DNA from: an uncultured Ignavibacteriales bacterium
GTDB lineage: Bacteria; Bacteroidota; Ignavibacteria; Ignavibacteriales; Ignavibacteriaceae
DNA length: 64,000 bases
Assembly: GCA_963786395.1 (NCBI GenBank)
Contig: CAWAZD010000014.1
Span: forward strand, 129,730 to 193,729
Direction of reading: 5' to 3'
Under the pieces are notes generated by a model, which was not told the DNA's origin, did no database searches, and saw only the letters and a list, made by a program, of their open reading frames with translations. The translations under genes were made by a program, and so were the position numbers. Each line of letters begins with the position of its first letter. Position 1 is the stretch's first letter. Below are positions 60,862 through 64,000 of the stretch, in pieces.

Positions 60862-61520
60862 AAAATTAAGACAGGATTTTCTCAGAGTAATAGGATATTT
60901 TGTTCTTTCTCATGCTGTTGACCTCTTGTGCAAAAGTATGAAAATTACTATTTAGTAATAAAGAGGTGATTGATGATCTTGAAAGGAATAATCGGAATTA
61001 TGTTCTAGCCTTCTGGCATGGTCAGATGCTTTTTAGCTGGTTCCTGCACAGAGGTAAAAATTTTACCGCATTGATTAGTAAAAGCAAAGATGGTGAACTC
61101 CTAGCAAGAATATTGAAACATTGGAAGTATAATGTTATTCGGGGTTCAAGCAGTAAGGGTGGTGATTTAGCCTTAGGCATTATGGTGGATTGTGCAAGGA
61201 ATGGAGAATGTGTAGTCCTTACACCCGATGGTCCTAGAGGCCCTGCACATAAAATGAAAGCGGGTGCTGTTATTACTGCAAAAAAAAGTAATGTACCGCT
61301 CGTCTTTCTTGCAGTCGGATACAGGAAAAAGCGCATTCTTAAAAGCTGGGATAATTTTGAGATCCCGAAGTTTTTTTCTGACGTAAAAGTAGTTTATTCT
61401 GAACCAATTTATATAAATTCCAGATTGTCATTTGATGAAACTTCAGCTTTAATCCATCAAGGTGAAAAGGTTTTAAATCAACTCAGTCTGGAAGCAGATA
61501 ATTTTGGAAATGTAAAGTGA
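60851..61520 (+). pseudogene. DUF374-family (lysophospholipid acyltransferase-like) protein, N-terminus displaced by a 1-nt insertion
   Basis: The core is LAFWHGQML ... SKDGELLARIL ... RGSSSKGG ... TPDGPRGP. The ATG at 60851 gives the expected TM N-terminus (FLRVIGYFVLSHAVDLLCKSMK) but stops at 60953. Removing one A from the A4 run 60941..60944 joins the frames. Confidence 0.7.
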
Positions 61521-62572
61521 TTAACTTTTTAAAAATAATACTATTTCCTTTTCTGCCTTTTTACGCTGCTACAATTGCAGTAAGAAACTGGATGTTCGAT
61601 AAAGGTTTATTTAAGGATAAAAAGGTTGATGCCGTAGTAATTTCTGTGGGTAATCTTACCATCGGGGGATCTGGAAAAACTCCACTGGTGATATATCTGC
61701 TGGAACTTATTAAAGAACAAGGGCTTAAAGTTGGCGTTCTAAGCCGTGGATATGGCAGGAATTCTAAAGGTTACATACTCGTTTCAGATGGGAAGACTAT
61801 TTTTTCCTCTGTTGATAAGTGTGGTGATGAGATATACCAAACCGTAACCGAATGCAGTATCCCGGGCGCAGTTTCTGAAAATCGGGTATCAGGAGCGCGC
61901 AGGTTCATTAAAGAAACCGGGGTTAAAGTTATTGTTCTTGATGACGCATATCAGCATCGTTGGATTTATAGGGACATAAATTTGTTGGTTATTGAACAAA
62001 AATTTCTATTAAGCAGAAATTTTCTGGTTAAAAATCTGATCCCAACTGGAAATTTACGGGAACCCCTGAATTCAATTAAGAGAGCTGATGTAGTAATTAT
62101 TAATAGGAAGTTCTCATCAGAAGAAAATATTCCAGCTGACCTTGAAGGATTTTTTGAAGGAAAAAAGAAATTTTTAGCTCACTATAAGGCTATGTGTTTT
62201 GTTGATATTAAAAGAAAAATAGATCATCCATTAAAAGAGTTTGTTGGTCAGAAAAGTCTTGTGGTGTCTGGAATTGCAAATCCCTTATCGTTACTGAATG
62301 TTCTTAATCAGAACGGTGTCAATACTGAAAATAGGATTGTTTTCAGAGACCATAAAAATTATTCAAATAAAGAAATTCAATCAATCAGAAAGAAATTTTA
62401 TAATACAAACTCACACTCAGTTATTACTACTCAAAAGGATGCAGTAAAGCTGGTGGGGTTTTCAAAAGAGTTTGATGATATAGATATTTTTTATCTTAAA
62501 ATCAAAATAGAAATGAGCGATCATGATTCATTTAATAAATTTATTATTGATAAAATAAATTTAAACCAATGA
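61517..62572 (+). CDS. lpxK: Tetraacyldisaccharide 4'-kinase
   Basis: P-loop VGNLTIGGSGKTP. The GTG start overlaps the upstream stop. Confidence 0.9.
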   Translation: MINFLKIILFPFLPFYAATIAVRNWMFDKGLFKDKKVDAVVISVGNLTIGGSGKTPLVIYLLELIKEQGLKVGVLSRGYGRNSKGYILVSDGKTIFSSVDKCGDEIYQTVTECSIPGAVSENRVSGARRFIKETGVKVIVLDDAYQHRWIYRDINLLVIEQKFLLSRNFLVKNLIPTGNLREPLNSIKRADVVIINRKFSSEENIPADLEGFFEGKKKFLAHYKAMCFVDIKRKIDHPLKEFVGQKSLVVSGIANPLSLLNVLNQNGVNTENRIVFRDHKNYSNKEIQSIRKKFYNTNSHSVITTQKDAVKLVGFSKEFDDIDIFYLKIKIEMSDHDSFNKFIIDKINLNQ

Positions 62573-62629
62573 GCCCGCTCAACACAAAATAATTAAAATA
62601 TATGATAAATTTAAAATTGGAGTAAAATA

Positions 62630-64000
62630 ATGCCTAAATACGTGTATTTCTTTGGAGGCCAAAAAGCCGAGGGAAAATCTGAAATGAAAGCCCTCCTTGG
62701 AGGTAAAGGTGCCAATCTTGCAGAAATGGTAAACATTGGTCTACCCGTACCCGCTGGTTTCACTATCACTACTGAACTGTGTACTTATTATTATGATAAT
62801 AAGAAAAAATATCCAAAAGAACTAAAAGATACCGTCGCCGCCTCTCTTAAAAAAGTTGAAGCTATAATGGGAGCTAAATTCGGGGATAATACAAATCCTC
62901 TTCTTCTTTCGGTTCGTTCCGGTGCCAGAGCTTCAATGCCCGGCATGATGGATACTATACTTAATCTTGGTCTAAACGACACTACCGTTCAGGGCCTTAT
63001 CAAAAAAACAAATAATCCCCGCTTTGCATATGATTCTTACAGGAGATTTGTGCAGATGTATGGAGATGTTGTTCTTGGTCTTAAACCGGTTGACAAACAT
63101 GACCCCGATCCATTTGAGGAAATCCTTGAAAAGAAAAAACATGATAATGGTTTTAAATTAGATACTGAATTAACCGCAGATCATTTGTGCGAATTAGTTT
63201 CTGAATTTAAAGCTGCAATTAAAGAGAAAACCGGATTCAATTTCCCTGATAATCCAATGGAACAACTCTGGGGAGCTATCGGTGCTGTTTTTGGATCATG
63301 GATGAATGATAGAGCCATTATCTATAGAAAATTAAACGATATACCTGCCGAATGGGGAACTGCTGTTAACGTTCAGTCAATGGTATTCGGAAACATGGGT
63401 GAAGATTCTGGCACCGGTGTTGCCTTTACTCGTGATCCGGCCTCAGGTGCAAATTTATTCTACGGTGAATATCTATTCAATGCTCAGGGTGAAGATGTAG
63501 TTGCTGGTATCCGTACTCCGCATCCTATTTCAGAACTTGAGAAAGACGCTCCAAAACTTTATAAAGAACTGGACAATTATCGCAAGATCCTCGAGAGACA
63601 TTATAAGGATATGCTGGATGTCGAGTTTACAATTCAACAGGGCAAATTATGGATGCTTCAATGCCGTGTAGGTAAAAGAACCGGATTCGCAGCTATTAAA
63701 ATGGCTGTGGATATGGTTAAAGAAAGATTGATAGAAAAAGAAGAAGCTTTATTACGTATTGATCCTAACCAGCTTAACCAGCTTCTCCGCCCGATATTTG
63801 ACCTGGACGAAAAGAAAAAAGCTATTGATGCCGGAAGACTTATGGCGAAAGGTCTCAACGCTGGACCGGGTGCGGCATGCGGTAAAGTTGCTTTGAGTGC
63901 TGAAGATGCTGAGAAGATGGCTGCTTCAGGTGACCCGATTATTCTTGTAAGAATAGAAACTTCTCCGGAAGATATTAAGGGAATGAATGCTGCCGAGGGT
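62630..64000 (+). CDS. ppdK: Pyruvate, phosphate dikinase (5' portion; continues beyond the window)
   Basis: It is not in the ORF track because no stop lies within the window. It translates to [10 protein letters not shown] ... [12 protein letters not shown] ... [26 protein letters not shown]. Confidence 0.9.
   Translation, partial: MPKYVYFFGGQKAEGKSEMKALLGGKGANLAEMVNIGLPVPAGFTITTELCTYYYDNKKKYPKELKDTVAASLKKVEAIMGAKFGDNTNPLLLSVRSGARASMPGMMDTILNLGLNDTTVQGLIKKTNNPRFAYDSYRRFVQMYGDVVLGLKPVDKHDPDPFEEILEKKKHDNGFKLDTELTADHLCELVSEFKAAIKEKTGFNFPDNPMEQLWGAIGAVFGSWMNDRAIIYRKLNDIPAEWGTAVNVQSMVFGNMGEDSGTGVAFTRDPASGANLFYGEYLFNAQGEDVVAGIRTPHPISELEKDAPKLYKELDNYRKILERHYKDMLDVEFTIQQGKLWMLQCRVGKRTGFAAIKMAVDMVKERLIEKEEALLRIDPNQLNQLLRPIFDLDEKKKAIDAGRLMAKGLNAGPGAACGKVALSAEDAEKMAASGDPIILVRIETSPEDIKGMNAAEG

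Overview
This is a 64-kb AT-rich bacterial chromosomal window, roughly one-third GC by eye. Several secreted proteins end in the T9SS-type C-terminal sorting motif (NYPNPFNPST ... YFY). LPS genes (lpxB, lpxK) and GAGG Shine-Dalgarno sites are also present. Together these suggest, by inference only, an Ignavibacteria-like member of the FCB group.

The right third (41-64 kb) is ordinary housekeeping:
- DJ-1/PfpI, a Rieske-FAD oxidoreductase, osmC, murI, glnD, queF, queC, tpiA
- a GH2-like membrane protein, smc, a HAD phosphatase, an ICMT-like methyltransferase
- lpxB, a DUF374 gene, lpxK and the 5' part of ppdK

The left two thirds are mosaic:
1. A tightly overlapping operon encodes a receiver-fused PPDK-like ATP-grasp protein, a 4-Cys zinc ribbon, a glutamate dehydrogenase and a PEGA/propeller lipoprotein. 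A second copy of the large protein sits at 32.6-35.6 kb, and two further gdhA paralogs lie nearby.
2. A heavily decayed Type III restriction-modification pair (res then mod) is followed by a Ser/Thr kinase-TPR-FHA gene. The whole 7 kb is bracketed by 62-bp direct repeats.
3. There is a secreted caspase-family multidomain protein, T9SS cargo proteins, gene remnants and toxin-antitoxin-like cassettes.
4. There are two two-component systems, a porin, an SRPBCC gene and an IS256-family transposase.

Nearly every long intergenic region is built from a small set of palindromic repeat modules. A 129-bp MITE occurs twice as identical copies in opposite orientation. Each copy is inserted in the loop of the same 20-bp palindrome with a TTTA duplication.

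At least seven otherwise well-conserved genes are broken by one extra base in a short homopolymer run. These are gdhA x2, a histidine kinase, DUF374, the IS256 transposase stop, the kinase-FHA gene and the 5' end of res. The pattern could be a sequencing or assembly artefact rather than biology.

I found no rRNA, tRNA or CRISPR array.
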